From: Haliotis rufescens | Lineage: Eukaryota | Assembly (NCBI RefSeq): GCF_023055435.1 | Contig: NW_025964112.1 | Coordinates: 14,322,001 to 14,386,000, forward strand | Reading direction: 5' to 3' | Length of the DNA stretch: 64,000 nucleotides | Shown: positions 10,701 through 23,100 of the stretch, in pieces | How positions within the stretch are numbered: position 1 is the first letter of the stretch | How the letters are laid out: the number at the start of each line of letters is the position of its first letter | Notes under the pieces: model-generated | What the model was told of the DNA's origin: nothing | The model's input: the letters and a program-made list of their open reading frames with translations, nothing else | Database searches by the model: none | Position numbers and translations under genes: made by a program

Positions 10701-13700
10701 TGTGTCTTTTGCCTTTACGGCTAGTGAATAACACCTTTGTCTTAGCATTTTTGTTATTTCAAGTAACTCGTGTCACTGAGAATATGTTCTATACCACATT
10801 AGAAATTAACAATGCTCTGAGAGAGAAAAAACCTGATATGGTGTTAATGAGTATTCGATGCCCCGATTTTCATTTGGAACCGAATACTAGTATTCAATAA
10901 TAACCTTAAATATGGAAGCATATGCTACCTTATCTCTTTTCAGTGTCTTTTTAGGAATATAACACGTGTGGCAAATGTTGAAGCATATTGTAACCGGTAA
11001 CACCACAATACACTGGTGTGAGTAACATCTACCAGCGCTACGATCTCAATGCGACGATAATGTCATTCTGTTGCTTAGCCAGTCTTAAACAATAATGATC
11101 AATTAACTTGCCTTTTCGTGTGTTTGTGACGGGTGCCAACGGTTTTGAAGGATGCGCTCACCTTTTTTCGAACACCTGCTATCATCACTATTTGATAATG
11201 ATTCATAAACACATGCTCATGATGTAGTTCGAATCGCACAAAGGACTTTCTTGGCGTTTCTTGTGATAGTAGAGGTTGTTGTTTTTTTGTCGGGTTTATT
11301 AACGCGATGAAATAACTCTGATATGACGGGACTAGCAAGTACTTTGAAACTACTTATAGTGTTTGATTATTTTGTCATTCAAAGCATTGCATTTCACTTA
11401 ATAGAATTGGGAAACTTTGAATTTGGCTGTAATTTATAGTGACAAAAGTAACGCTAATCTTTTGGACAAACTAATGTCTTTCTGTTATATTAGTGTATTA
11501 ATGGCGAGTCAATAACATGTTCCTAAATGAACTGACGCTTGGGTTTCAAAGTCAGCAGGAGCTGATATTGGTGATTTCACAGATGACCAGGAGCACAACG
11601 CAATTAGTTTGTGATTGTTCGTCGTCTATGTATATTTAGGGATTGCATTTCGGATGAATGATTCATGTTTTATGTAATTATTGTTCAACGTTGTATTTTG
11701 TGCAGAATAAACATTTCCTCACAAAGGTAATGCTTTTCAATTTATCAGAAAGAAGGTGTTCCACCATCGAGAGATGAAATCTGTTGACAAGTAGAGTCTG
11801 TAAGCATGTCGGAGGATCAAAGTCAAAAGACCAGGTTGAAACTGACGCAACACTTGTTTAGGAAACATTTCGTCGACCGATATTTAACTTAAACCTGACG
11901 CCAATTCAATTTGTAAACGGTTAGTAATATGCAATGGCCATTTTAGATAGGTAACCAACCAAATAGGTAAAGAAGATCAATGGTCGCATCTTAACGACTT
12001 ACAAACTGACCCTAACCTTTCCTGACCTACGCCAAAACGTATTTGTGCCATGTGTGAAACAGACATTGTAATGAGTATGTGAGATTTGTATACATAATCA
12101 AATTTGAGATAGTTTGAATCTAACTTGCAAGAACTGCCAATTACCCGGAGCCCAGTTCTTTAACCTTCCCTTGTTGTGTCGCCTTTTCTTACATTGAACG
12201 TCACACTTTCAGACCCACCAAGAAATCATCTACCAGGAATACCAAGCGACCAAACACAGGGAAAAGTCTTCACAGCTTCAGCAATACTATGAACAAATCG
12301 TGTCAAAAACTCAAACTGAGTTGACAAGTATCCTGTCTCGAGAAGGAATCAATGTATTTCTCATTTCCATCATAGATGTCTAATAATATGCACATGACGC
12401 GAAGTTGTCAGACAGGTTACGTTCACTAAGTGTCGTAACCATAAGGCTTTCTCAATGATGTTAACATAAACATAATTGTATGTATAGAATGTGGATAGAA
12501 TGCATTCGTTTCAGATACTGTGTGTGCGTTATTTTTCTTGACTACCCCCTGCCTTGAAATCCCATTTAAAAGGTTTGAGTACAGTGTATTACATTCTCTC
12601 TTACAAGTGTATAATTAGAAATAATAATGTTGACAAACTGAAAACATTTGCTTGATAATCACAACATAACAATGAATCAAATGAAACGATCATATATGGG
12701 ATATCAAGATGTACCGTCATTTGCCTTGGATGTCGCATGATGAACAATCAGTTTAAATTTTAGAATTTTTGTGGGTTGTACTGTCGTCTTGAGTTGTCAA
12801 ATCTCATGTTAGTCTGTCCTTGCATGACAATAGCAGGTAGAAATCAAATCTAATTTAGGTATTGATCATTCAAACACTTATCTATAGCTAGTAAACTTGA
12901 ATAATGACTATACGCTTTGTAACGAAATATAGATAATTAATATGACACTGGAGTCCATTGAAACGTGTTCCAGTGGCCAAGAAGGACCTGGACAGTATGA
13001 AGAAGAAGCACAGTGAGTTGGCGGAGAGATTATCTGAGAGAAGCAGACAGTACCAGAAACTGCAGGTTGTATTTCATCGACAGGTTCCCTTATAAGCAAA
13101 ACATCCAAGGTGCAAATAAGTAAATCTCGAAGTAATGATCCCTTGCGGATATGTTTCCATGAATGTAGAAAAGGGCAGGCCTCCCTCATTCAGTCTTTAC
13201 AAGGTCATTTCACCAGCAAGATTAGTAATAATGAAATTGTGCATGTATAATTCCAGATGACATGATATATAAATGTATTTGACATGGATCATTTGAGTTA
13301 GAAATTTGTAGTATTAGGATAAGGTTTAGACATGTATGTGTATACATGTCAATATAGTCAGTATCTTGTGTATTCAGTCGTTGTACGAATCACTCCGGCG
13401 ACGGTGCATCACACCTGCTACCTTCAACGGTTGCGGGGATGCGTCCATGATTGATCAGACAGCCAACAGATTACAAAACTTCACCATGAACCTTACCACT
13501 GGAGGTAGGTCGTTATTCATCACATACATGGTGTCACATTTGAAAGGTTGGCTAGCGAACGTTTTTTTTCACATTTACAGCCTAATCAATCTTCCTGACG
13601 CAAGCGTGTCCACTAGCCTATATCAAAGCCTGGTTGTGGAAACAAGACTTTGATAAAGAGGCTAGTGGACGCTCTTGCCTCGGGAAGATGAGCCTAATCA

Positions 13701-15358
13701 TGGTAAATAATGGTTAATCCGGGTACGTGTACGTGGTGAAGACATACAGTTATAATCAGCTAGTGAAAACCAAGTCCCATCTGTTAAAAAAACCCAAATA
13801 TTACTGTCGGAAATGCTAGAAAAAATATTTTTGCCCGTTAAAACAAAATAGAATGTTTCACAGGCTGAAGTAACTACCGATCTACCTACCTGCGGTTTGA
13901 AGTATTTTCGTCACAAGGAGTCCAATCGACAATATTACAGGAGAAAGATTCAGATTATTGTATTTTACCCATGATCTAGGGCTTATTGATGGATGCGAGC
14001 TAGTTTTCACGTCGAAAAGGACAACTTATGATTATCATAAGGAAATGTGTGTGTGTTTATAGACTTGTTGGAACACCAGCTACTGCCCAATCTAATCTAA
14101 ACACACCAGTGAAGATCCGGTCTTCAGCAACCCATACTTGCCATAAAAGGCGACTCTGCTTGTCGTAAAAGGCGACTAACGGGATCGGGTGGTCAGGCTG
14201 GCTGACTTGGTTGATGCATGTCATCGATCCCAATTGCGTGGATCGATGCTCATGATATCAAACAGGATTGTCTGGTCCAGACTCGATTATTTACAGACCG
14301 CCGTCATATAGCTGGAATATTGCTGAGTGCAGCGTAAACCAACAAACCAACCAGCCAACCAACTGAAGGCGACCATGCAGGAATATCTGAAATCTTGCAA
14401 TGTCGATTTCAGACCATCTGAAACGAAAGTTCAACTAATGGAGGCACAATACGGTCGCGTTTCTTATGTACGCCTGTGAGCCATTGTGAGCTCAAACCTA
14501 TTGAGCTTATCTGAGCTAACTGTAAAGGCTTCGTGGCAAGACGTAACAAAACATTCAACTCACACATGTCATGGGGTTGATCAACGTATCCTTTGCTAGA
14601 ATCACACCAGAGGTATGGTAAAAGATCACGTTCTTGAAATAGAACATCAGTACCGCCAAACGTGACGCGTAGATATCTGCCTTATTACATCAGTTATCAT
14701 ACCTTTGGGTGATAGTAAAGATTCAGACACGTCATCAGTTGAGTCAGACGCTGGGTAAAGAACTCATTTGTAGAAAAGTAATACATCTTGATTCATATAC
14801 TCCAACCTTCCAATACGTTCATTCCGTTTCATAGTTTTAACTATTCCATCATTTTTCAAGCCAATAATGACAGCAATATTTTGAGACCCCCAACTCAGGT
14901 GACATTTGCACCGGCGAGAATGCACGGGCCTGGGGACAATGCTCTGTACTTACCTCAGGCTATAGGCTGTTTCATACATGCATGACAACACACGGATATT
15001 TTCTAAGAATATCATTTTACCTGTAAAAGTACCTTTTAAGGCTAATCCTAGTTAGAATAGGCTCGATTAGGTACATTTGCGTTATTTTGATATGTGCTAT
15101 TTACATAACCCTATGATTCGTATTTATTAAATGAAGTTAGAAAAGCATTTTCCTAGCATTTCTGACAGCACTTTAGTCGCTGAGTGGCGCTTGAACAAAA
15201 AAGTTCTAATATTCTTTAAGGTGGTCAAACAGGTAGGCTTACATTTCTCTTGAATGCAGTTTCACTTTGGATGTGTCTGAGCTGACAGAACAGATTGTTT
15301 TATGATGTAGGAGCTGATATCATAGCAAATGCCTCCCCACGGGCTCAGACCCCCCCCC

Positions 15359-15389
<31 letters not shown>

Positions 15390-17277
15390 ACACACACACC
15401 CAGGGGTGATCATGCTGTTATTCACCGTCGTGTGTGTACCAATTGTCATCAGCCCCATCAAATAAGGTCTCACAGACCCAAGTAAACTGACGGCCAAAGG
15501 AAACGTTACCGACGATATTTCTAGGATAAAATATGACCAACACAATTTGAAGCAGCAATAACAATTGTATTGTAGAAATTCATCATTCAGAACAGTAAAA
15601 TGCGAATTTACTAATTCAACAACAAAGTCCTTGACCTCCAACAGGGACATTTCTTGACAAGGGGTCATTCGTCCAGTATTCGATCAACAACATTGGTTGC
15701 AACTTTAAGGTGACGGCGGCCCAGACCGTTCAATACGGGATATGACCTCCATGAGCGGCAATGCATCTTCGAATGCGGCGTCGAACTGAGTAGACAAGCG
15801 TCCTCACAACGACTGCAGGTATCCGATTCCATTCCTCACGGAGGGCAACGATCAACGCTTGTCTCGTGAAGGGAGGATGTTGACGTTTCCGAAGACGACG
15901 ACCCAGCTGGTCCCAGAGATGTTCTATGGGTGACAGATCTGGTGATCGAGCTGGCCACGGCAGGACGGTCACGTTGTTGGCGTTGAGGAAGTCTCCAGTA
16001 ATACGGGCTTTATGGGGTGTGGCGTTATCTTGTTGGAACACCGTCCGTTGTTGTCGCTGGATGAAAGGAAGAACCACTGGCCGTAAGATATTGTCAGTGT
16101 AGCGTTGTGCTGTCAGATTGCCTTCGATGCTGACAAGTTCCGTCTTCTCGTCCCCGCAAATGCCGCCCCAGACCATCACACGTCCGCCCCCGTAAGGTTC
16201 CACCTCCTGGACACAACAAGGAGCCGTACGTTCACCACGTCGTCGATAAACTCGCGTCCGCCCGTCAGGTTTGAAGAGTTGGAACCTGCTCTCGTCACTA
16301 AACAGCACTCGCCGCCATTCCCTTTGTTGCCATCGCTGAGTTTGCCTGCACCACGTCAATCTGGCACGTCGATGTTGACGGGTCAAGGTCATGCCATTGA
16401 AAGGGCGATAAGCACGGAGACCATAATGTCGTAGTCGTCTGGTCACTGTCACTGAACGGATGTCCTAAGCTGTTGGCAGCTGATGACGTCACCGTAAGAA
16501 CGACAGAGAACATGAAGGCTGTATTCGTGAGATGTGTTCTTTACTGTTTTTGAACAGATTGGCATCTTTGTTTCAAAGTGGCAAATCAGTTAATGTTGGT
16601 AAAGTTTCTTTTGGCTCTCAGTTTTTAACTATTAGCCAAGTAGTGTGTCTAAGAAGCATTTGGAGTTTTTGGAGTTTTACGTATTTTGTGCAATCGCAGT
16701 TACGGCCGTGCCCGAGTACCATGAAATATATCAAATGCTAAAATTCTACTAGAAACCGTTTTCGCTTTCTTCTTCAGATGTTTTGCGTGGACAGAATATC
16801 TCGAATCAAGGCTCCAGGGCACCGTCACCCCCCGAAAGTGAGTTTCTATTATTCAGTAAACAAAAAACATTTTTCAGCAAGAGACAACGTACAGTTTTAG
16901 AATAACTTCTACTTATGGAGCGAGGTGATGCCAGTGTGTTAGTAAGCATAAAAGCCTGGTTCGATTCCCTCATGGTTACAATATGATAGTCAATGTATCA
17001 TGCCTATTATTGTCCACGATCCCTTGCAAGTAATGTTGGGTTGAACGACTAAAACATATTACTAACACCCTTGATAAATGACTCAAAGATAATTGGCGGT
17101 GAGATGTTAAAATCGACGAAGACAAGCTTTTTCGAAGAACATTATTTGATATTTGTAACCTCGCTTTATGAAGGTATTTTCTTTTATGTTCTAGGAGATT
17201 TTGTGTTCCGCCCAAACAACACGCCACTGTTAGCTGAACAGAGCCGATTCAGTTTGATGTTGGGGACACCCAAATAG
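1727..17277 (+). CDS. CCNB1IP1: CCNB1IP1/HEI10 RING E3 ubiquitin ligase (meiotic crossover factor), about 260 aa. Exons 1727-1789, 2107-2122, 3067-3126, 3712-3782, 5023-5097, 12213-12327, 12552-12572, 12974-13065, 13378-13504, 16778-16837, 17195-17277
   Basis: Spliced translation MDGDLICNFKKCRKQIRSFAW-VTSCSH-VFCDEDGSREFNKSVVCPAC-ETTLSGKCDIVRSNVQPTEQWKS-MVIAGQRPEVIMEICTRALSFWTYQ-THQEIIYQEYQ...ERSRQYQKLQ-SLYESLRRR...RDFVFRP...TPK*. It matches the HEI10 RING and coiled-coil signature. Phases are consistent and the CDS totals 783 nt. Confidence 0.92.
2123..3066 (+). other. U12-type (minor spliceosome) GT-AG intron 2 of CCNB1IP1
   Basis: 5' splice site GTATCCTTAC; branch site TTCTTAAC at 3051-3058 lies about 9 nt before the AG, with no polypyrimidine tract. 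Confidence 0.85.
5696..10041 (+). CDS. Nested fucosyltransferase-like (GT-B, alpha-1,2/1,6/O-FucT superfamily) type II membrane protein, about 415 aa. Exons 5696-5701 (MK, tentative) and 8800-10041
   Basis: 1242-nt open exon after acceptor TTGCAG at 8799. N-terminal hydrophobic anchor LALILVFFNCSLILSY. Motifs KYLVYLC..LCGGWGVRQAG, CAHVKLG (motif I-like), VFIATDS (motif II) and DQMILSRC..LALS.S..G..AFLRG (motif III). An upstream ATGAAG|GTAATA supplies a phase-0 start. Confidence 0.8.
7889..8026 (+). mobile_element. SINE family A (tRNA-derived, about 165 bp)
   Basis: B-box GGTTCGATTCC, shared tail, TSD TACACTGATACA. Confidence 0.85.
8119..8457. mobile_element. Two SINE family C copies in inverted orientation
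   Basis: Plus copy 8119-8243 and minus copy 8247-8457. Confidence 0.85.
10105..10350 (-). mobile_element. SINE family B (diverged) in the 3' UTR of the nested gene
   Basis: Reverse match to family B with an (ACTC)n tail. Confidence 0.8.
12328..12551 (+). other. U12-type intron 6 of CCNB1IP1 with apparent GT-TG termini
   Basis: 5' splice site GTATCCTGTC; branch site TTTTCTTGAC at 12533-12542. The TG at 12550-12551 gives a gapless, in-frame 21-nt exon (TLKSHLK). Confidence 0.7.
13588..13690. mobile_element. Hairpin MITE (about 103 bp) with 9-bp TSD (Mutator-like)
   Basis: Arms ATCTTCCTGACGCAAG... and ...CTTGCCTCGGGAAGAT, flanked by AGCCTAATC on both sides. A similar terminus occurs at about 53703. 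Confidence 0.65.
14108..14362 (+). mobile_element. SINE family C
   Basis: Full body; head loop deleted. Confidence 0.85.
15730..16530 (-). mobile_element. Tc1-family transposase fragment (DD34E catalytic domain intact, N-terminus and TIRs missing) in CCNB1IP1 intron 9
   Basis: 240-aa ORF with FSDES, VMVWGGI, QQDNA-34 aa-E (SPDLSPIEHLW) and C-terminal GGHIPY. Degraded upstream of 16452. Confidence 0.92.
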
Positions 17278-17849
17278 GTTTCATGGAGCTAGATGGAGGC
17301 CCACGGACGAAACTATAGGATACGCTCTGAAAACTCTATAAACATTTTAATGTGGTGTTTCAAGGTTGAAAATACATTCTTATCGAAATTTACAGGTTTT
17401 TTGCAATAGATTCAGCCAAACTGAAGAGTATTATTGTTGACGCCTAATGACTCTCTATTTGCACATTTGACAACAGTTTAGCTTACATGATTCAGATTCA
17501 CATGAGCTTATGTCATCGTCTGTTATTCGTCTGCAAGTTTTGATGTAAAGTGTGATATCCAGTAAGAATGTAGTATGTGCAGTGACCATAGGAGGCATCA
17601 CCCAAAACTTCCGAATCTGCGAACTGGACCTTGTATTTTGGTATTATCTTCAGTCGATATTAGTCTTCGTTATGCACTATAGTATCTATAAGCTGATCTA
17701 ACTAATTTTACTAGACTCAGACTCAGGCTTATTTCGCAGACTGAGTTATTCAGAGGAATTGTACCCTGCAATTTCTCATTTGTCCCTAACGTATTTCCAA
17801 TTATCTAGCTTATAAATAGTTATGTCCAGGCATTTGATGTGTAGTTTGG

Positions 17850-18850
17850 ACTCCAAAGGTAGTCATTGTTAAATGATTCAACTATTTATTAATGAATATG
17901 TAATGGTGTCAAGTGTATATGTCTCTGTTGAAAGATATGGCACATTTTATGCTCATTTTCATCTTTAAACCCTAATGACCCTCATATCCCCTGAATTTCG
18001 GTAATTAAGCTGCAAAAACTCCTTTTATTTAGTTACTATATTCCTACCAAAATTTCAAACATGGTCGCAGCGGCTTCAATGTGACCAAATAATTTAGAAT
18101 GTAATGTAAATTGCTTGGCAAAAGAAATTTATACAAGAAGAAGAAGAAATGTATTCGGCATCAAAAGGCAGCATGGCCAAGAGTTCAATACATGAGATAA
18201 ACTTTTGCACGAGGAGTGTAACCCCAAATTTCCAAACCATATAACAATATGGAAGCTATTTTACTGTCAACTATTATAGATGCTACCTTTAGAGAAATGT
18301 TTGGATAATCCTTTAATAAAGCAATAATAGGAAACAAAGCCTTTCTGGTTTGTAGTGCTAATGTAGTGCTGGGTGTGAAGACAATACCTAGATATTTATA
18401 GTGGGATACTTCTTTCATATTTTTCAGGGGGCATTGGTGGCCCAGTCGTCTAAGGCGCCGCGATTCGCTGTGCAGAGTTGCGTCCCTTGGACACGCCAGA
18501 AACCTATGATTGTGGGTTCGAATCCCGGTTCGCCCCGATTATGTTTCTAGGTATGTCAGCACCATACCCGTGCTCGTGGGTTTCACCGCAGTGGTAAACG
18601 TCTGTCACCTGCATCACTTCGGGCTTTCCTCCCACATTAATGTGACACTGGAATACTGTTAAAAGCGGCGTTCAACCCAACTCACTCACTCATATTTTTA
18701 AGTTTTTCTTAGGACTCCGCCATTTCTGAAAACAACAATACATGACTTCTCCAAGTTAACTTCTAGGCCCTATTTGTTACAAAAACCTTTTAACACATTA
18801 AGTTTTCTTTGAAGGCCCATTACAGTGTCATAAAACAATGTTACGTCATC
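17850..18850 (-). mobile_element. Decayed LINE reverse transcriptase remnant (RTE-X/CR1-like), interrupted by a SINE
   Basis: Peptides YKYLGIVF and ILLYGLEIWGY in ORF 18185-18418; an FRNGG-like RT segment near 18720. Confidence 0.7.
18427..18692 (+). mobile_element. SINE family B
   Basis: A and B boxes; TSD TCATATTTTT. Confidence 0.9.
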
Positions 18851-19830
18851 TACATTTCATCATTCTATCTACACAGTAGGTACAAGCTCATTTTTATAAA
18901 AAAATATAAATAAACAGGATTCAACACCGGTGATTGATGGTTGCTACACACGACACAAACAAGAAATGGTTATTTGATGCTGATGTATTTGAAACGCTTA
19001 TAATAGTTGTGTTTTGAACCTTACCGTCGCAGTTTCGGCGACTGTTTGCAGCCTAGTAACGTTTGAATTACGTTTGTAACATTTTGGTAAAATCTAATTT
19101 TCAAGTGTATATTTTCTTTTGCCTGACAGTTTATTATGTTGGATATATCCTGACGTTCATATGTGCTGCAAGCCCTATCCCTATTTTGTGTTAGCTGTCA
19201 AAAGGAGTATTGTGAAATGGACAAGTGACATAAAATAATTGCATTTCTTAGAATTACCTACAAAGGACATTACATACACCTCCTCAGGAAAATCTCATGA
19301 AGGTTGTATTTATCAATTCTTCCTATTAAATTGATAGATGTTTTGTGGTAGAGTTTGTCATCCTTTTAACTGGACAACCTTAATGAAGGCTTAGGAATTG
19401 TTAAAAACATAAGAAAGAGGTATTTCGATATTGTGTGAATGTGGTTTTGAAAATGTTATATCCTGTTGAACAGTCATCCCCCCCATAGAAATACCTTGTA
19501 TTCTGATATATCCTCAACGACTACTGAGCACGGTTTCGATTGTAAGGTAACTACATATGATATACCTAGCCCACGTCAAGCACACACCTATTTATTAACA
19601 TTATCTGAGATGCTATCTTTATCCACACAATGGCAGTGTAGGGCCAACTCACTATTGCTTAACGACCCTTAAATAATTCAAACATTAATCGAGCCGGTAG
19701 CGTTCGTGTTGCGAGCCAGTTGAGATTAAAATCCCTGATATCTAATTGTTTTCGTGTAAATTCTTTATGAGAGTTCTACGTTCGTAGTACAGTGCAAGTC
19801 CTAATTTGATTAAGATACGAGAGAGCGTTG

Positions 19831-20057
19831 GTTACTAGGAGCCGTGGACAAAACGGGACTGTGTGGATACAGTGCCTTGATTTGTGCGTCAGTATGTGTT
19901 GTGTCTAGCATTTACTTACCTTGGTTTACTTTCAAATTATCCCAATGTATCATTGGTAAACTCTTGTTACCTAGGATAGGAAATTCTGAACTGAAATACG
20001 GAACTGTGAGTTGCTATTGACGAAGTACCTCTAGGTATATCGCGTTGCCATCACAAC
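19831..20057 (+). promoter_or_regulatory. Cluster of RFX X-box-like motifs upstream of the radial spoke gene
   Basis: GTTACTAGGAGC (19831), GTTACCTAGGATAG (19966) and GTTGCCATCACAAC (20044) resemble GTTNCC(AT)GGNAAC, typical of ciliary gene promoters. Confidence 0.55.
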
Positions 20058-20154
20058 ACTCTATCTTGATACGCCAGACTAGTTTTCATTTGAACAAGTA
20101 ACTTTATGACGTAAACATCGTTATTATAACAATTAGATTATATCGTGAGTCAGT

Positions 20155-23100
20155 ATGGCTGGAGGGAGCGAGAAGAAAGTCATCAAGGGAATGAGAGATG
20201 TTCCCAAACGTCCATCAGAAGATGAGAATGAAGAGGAATCTCTTCCGGCCATGACAGAGGAGGAGAGAAACTGCCTGAATGCCAAGATGCACCTCCTGAC
20301 ACAAACCACAGACGAAGGCACGTCCCTGTAAGTTGTTGTTGTTTGTTGTTTAACGCCGCACTCAACAATATTCCAGCTATATGACTGTGGTCGGTAATTA
20401 ATCGTGTCTGGGCCAGACAATCCATTTATATACATCATGGGCATCGATCTATGCAATTGGGATGCGATGACATACATCAACCAAGTCAGCGAGCCTGATT
20501 AACCGATCCCGTTAGTCGCCTCTTACGGCAAATCATGGGTTGCTGAAAGCCTATTCTAACCCGGATCTTCACGGGTATGCTTGTAAGTAAGTAAGCCGAG
20601 GTCACAGCAAATTTTGATTATCAATCTTGTTTGTTGGAATCTCCTTAGCAGCACATAGTAGTAGATGCCTTGTCTTTAATTACATTTGTTTTACTTTTTT
20701 ACATAAGCTACAAGTTTGTCTGGACCAAACTTGATTATTTCCTGTCCATTTGAGAAATATTCTAGCTTTATCACGACCGCCTGCATATATAACTGAGTCT
20801 GAACAGGGCACCCGATCAACAAAAGTCTATTCTACTCAGGAATTTACACGTGGATCCTTAGTAGAAACAGACAGAAAAATTATCTTATATATTTACCTTA
20901 GAACACCACCAATTGTCCATACCATACAACAACTGTAATGCCATGAGTTATGAAAGTTAACAAAGGCAATGGAAATTGGTTAAGTAATTAGTTCTTTTTT
21001 ATTACTTTTGATAACAATGAGTGAGTGAGTATGGTTTTACGCCGCTTTCAGCAATATCACGTCGGGGGACACCAGAAATGGGCTTCACACATTGTACCCA
21101 TGTCGGGAATCGAACCCGGGTCTTCGGCGTGACGAGCGAACGCTTTAACCACAAGGCTACCCGACCGCCCCTTATGATAGCAAAACAGTTGTTGTTAAAA
21201 TAGAATATGCTACATTTATGTATTTACATATACATGTATCTGTGCCGGATTTATTAATGCAAAATATAACTTAAGACTCTTTATTGCTTCTTTGTAATGA
21301 TATGCCACATTTTACAGTACACCTCCATCTCATGCTGAGATATTTTCAGAAGTGGAAGATTAGACTGCGTTATTGTGTGCAATGTAACACAAGGCTAGTT
21401 ATAACAGCAGACGTAGTATTGTATACATTCTGAAACTAACAAAGAAAGCATTATTCTTATAGGGCGGGAATATTTTCAATAAATGTCTCTCAGTAATCCC
21501 GAATTAAGAACTCTTATATATTGTGGAATTCAGGATCCGCATTCTCCCATAAATTTCAGAAACGTGAATTTGACAGAAATATCCCACACCTGTGGACGTA
21601 CTGAGGGTATATGCTCTAGAAACTGGTTCCTATTGCCACTCGAAATAGAATAACGGTCTCCTCTTTTTGAAGCTGAGACATTGTCTTTAATTGCTAGATT
21701 GTTACAGGTAATAAATGAGAATAAGCAGGCAAAATCTAAACAATCGTTAACATGCCAAAGGTTTCCTGCCATCAAATACTATTTTGTTCGAAATCTCCTT
21801 TTGCTGTTTTCAGCAGGAAGGCTATATAAAACTTATCTATTTTGTTTGAGACAGTATGCGCCACAAAATATACATTTTTGGATACCCAATACCTTTTAGA
21901 AAGAGGTCAAATGTAATAAATGTATTTGGGATTACACTTTCTTTGTAAAGTACAAATTATAGTATATTTTTTTGGTGGTGGTGGTGGGGGGGGGGGGGGG
22001 GGGGGGGGGGGTCGCGGGGGGGAGTGTGGTCCCGTCCGCGATTCGAACCCACACTCTTAGATTCCACAATAATGAAAGTCAGACAACAGGTCGTCTAGAT
22101 CACGTACTTTGTGCACGAATATGCTACAAGAAAGTACTAGAAGTTTTACTTAACTGGGAAAGTGTTATCCCAAAATACAACATTTACATATACATTTTTG
22201 TCTACATAATTACATATTTTTCAAACAATCCAAGCATGTGCAGTGAACGATTTAACGAGGATAAATCCTAGAACCTACTAGGAAACACTTTAAATATCAT
22301 TTACTGTACATTCTTTAGAAATGATCATTTTAAGCCTATATATTTTCGTTACTGTTGCATGTCTTTCCTTCATAAGTTTTCTTTGCTTTATGTCTTTAAA
22401 CGGATTTCCTTTTGCCCCATCCAGGGACTTCGTGCGTCATAAACCTTAAACGTAATAGGCGAAATCATAGCAACGCCCGACTCGCTTGATAGCTATTTCA
22501 CAAAAGCTGTTACCCGCGATACACGCATTTGTATGGTCGTAACCGTTTCGGAAACCAACACATATATGTTATAAACATATTGCATGTTTCTATGTTTACC
22601 CAAAGTTACCTGAAGGAGATTGGGTGTGAAATTGTGAAATCAGGTAAATTGTATTCATACAATTAGTTTATATACCATCAGTTGGTGTTGGCATAGTCGA
22701 TGGGTTATATTCCCTCAACCATCATTTTGGCACACGGCTTTTCACAATTATTGCCCATGAAACACACAATCACGCAACGAAAATTGTTTTTTGTCGAATA
22801 ATAATCATTGACCTAACTTATACCAGAAGGGAGGTGGGGTAGCCTAGTGGTTAAATGGTTCGGGCGTCACGCCGAAGACCCGGGTTCGATTCTCCACATG
22901 GGTACAATGTACATGTGTGAAGCCCATTTCTGGTGTCCCCGGCTGTGCTATTGCTGAACGCGGGGTAAAACCATTCTCACTCACACACTTACACCAGTCG
23001 TGAGATAGAATAATAATCTTTTCGTAAGAACTGACGATTTAACTTCTCACAACGGCGTGTCAAACATGCTTCCTGCATGCATGAACCTTGGCCATCCTTC

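Noticed and set aside
12544-12545. AC as an alternative U12 acceptor (GT-AC)
   Set aside because: In frame but only about 4 nt from the branch A, and it inserts two extra residues, including Pro, into the coiled coil.
14861-14898. Possible extra HEI10 exon (ANNDSNILRPPTQ)
   Set aside because: Its 38 nt would shift the phase; exon 13504 joins 16778 directly and restores the conserved DFxFRP C-terminus.
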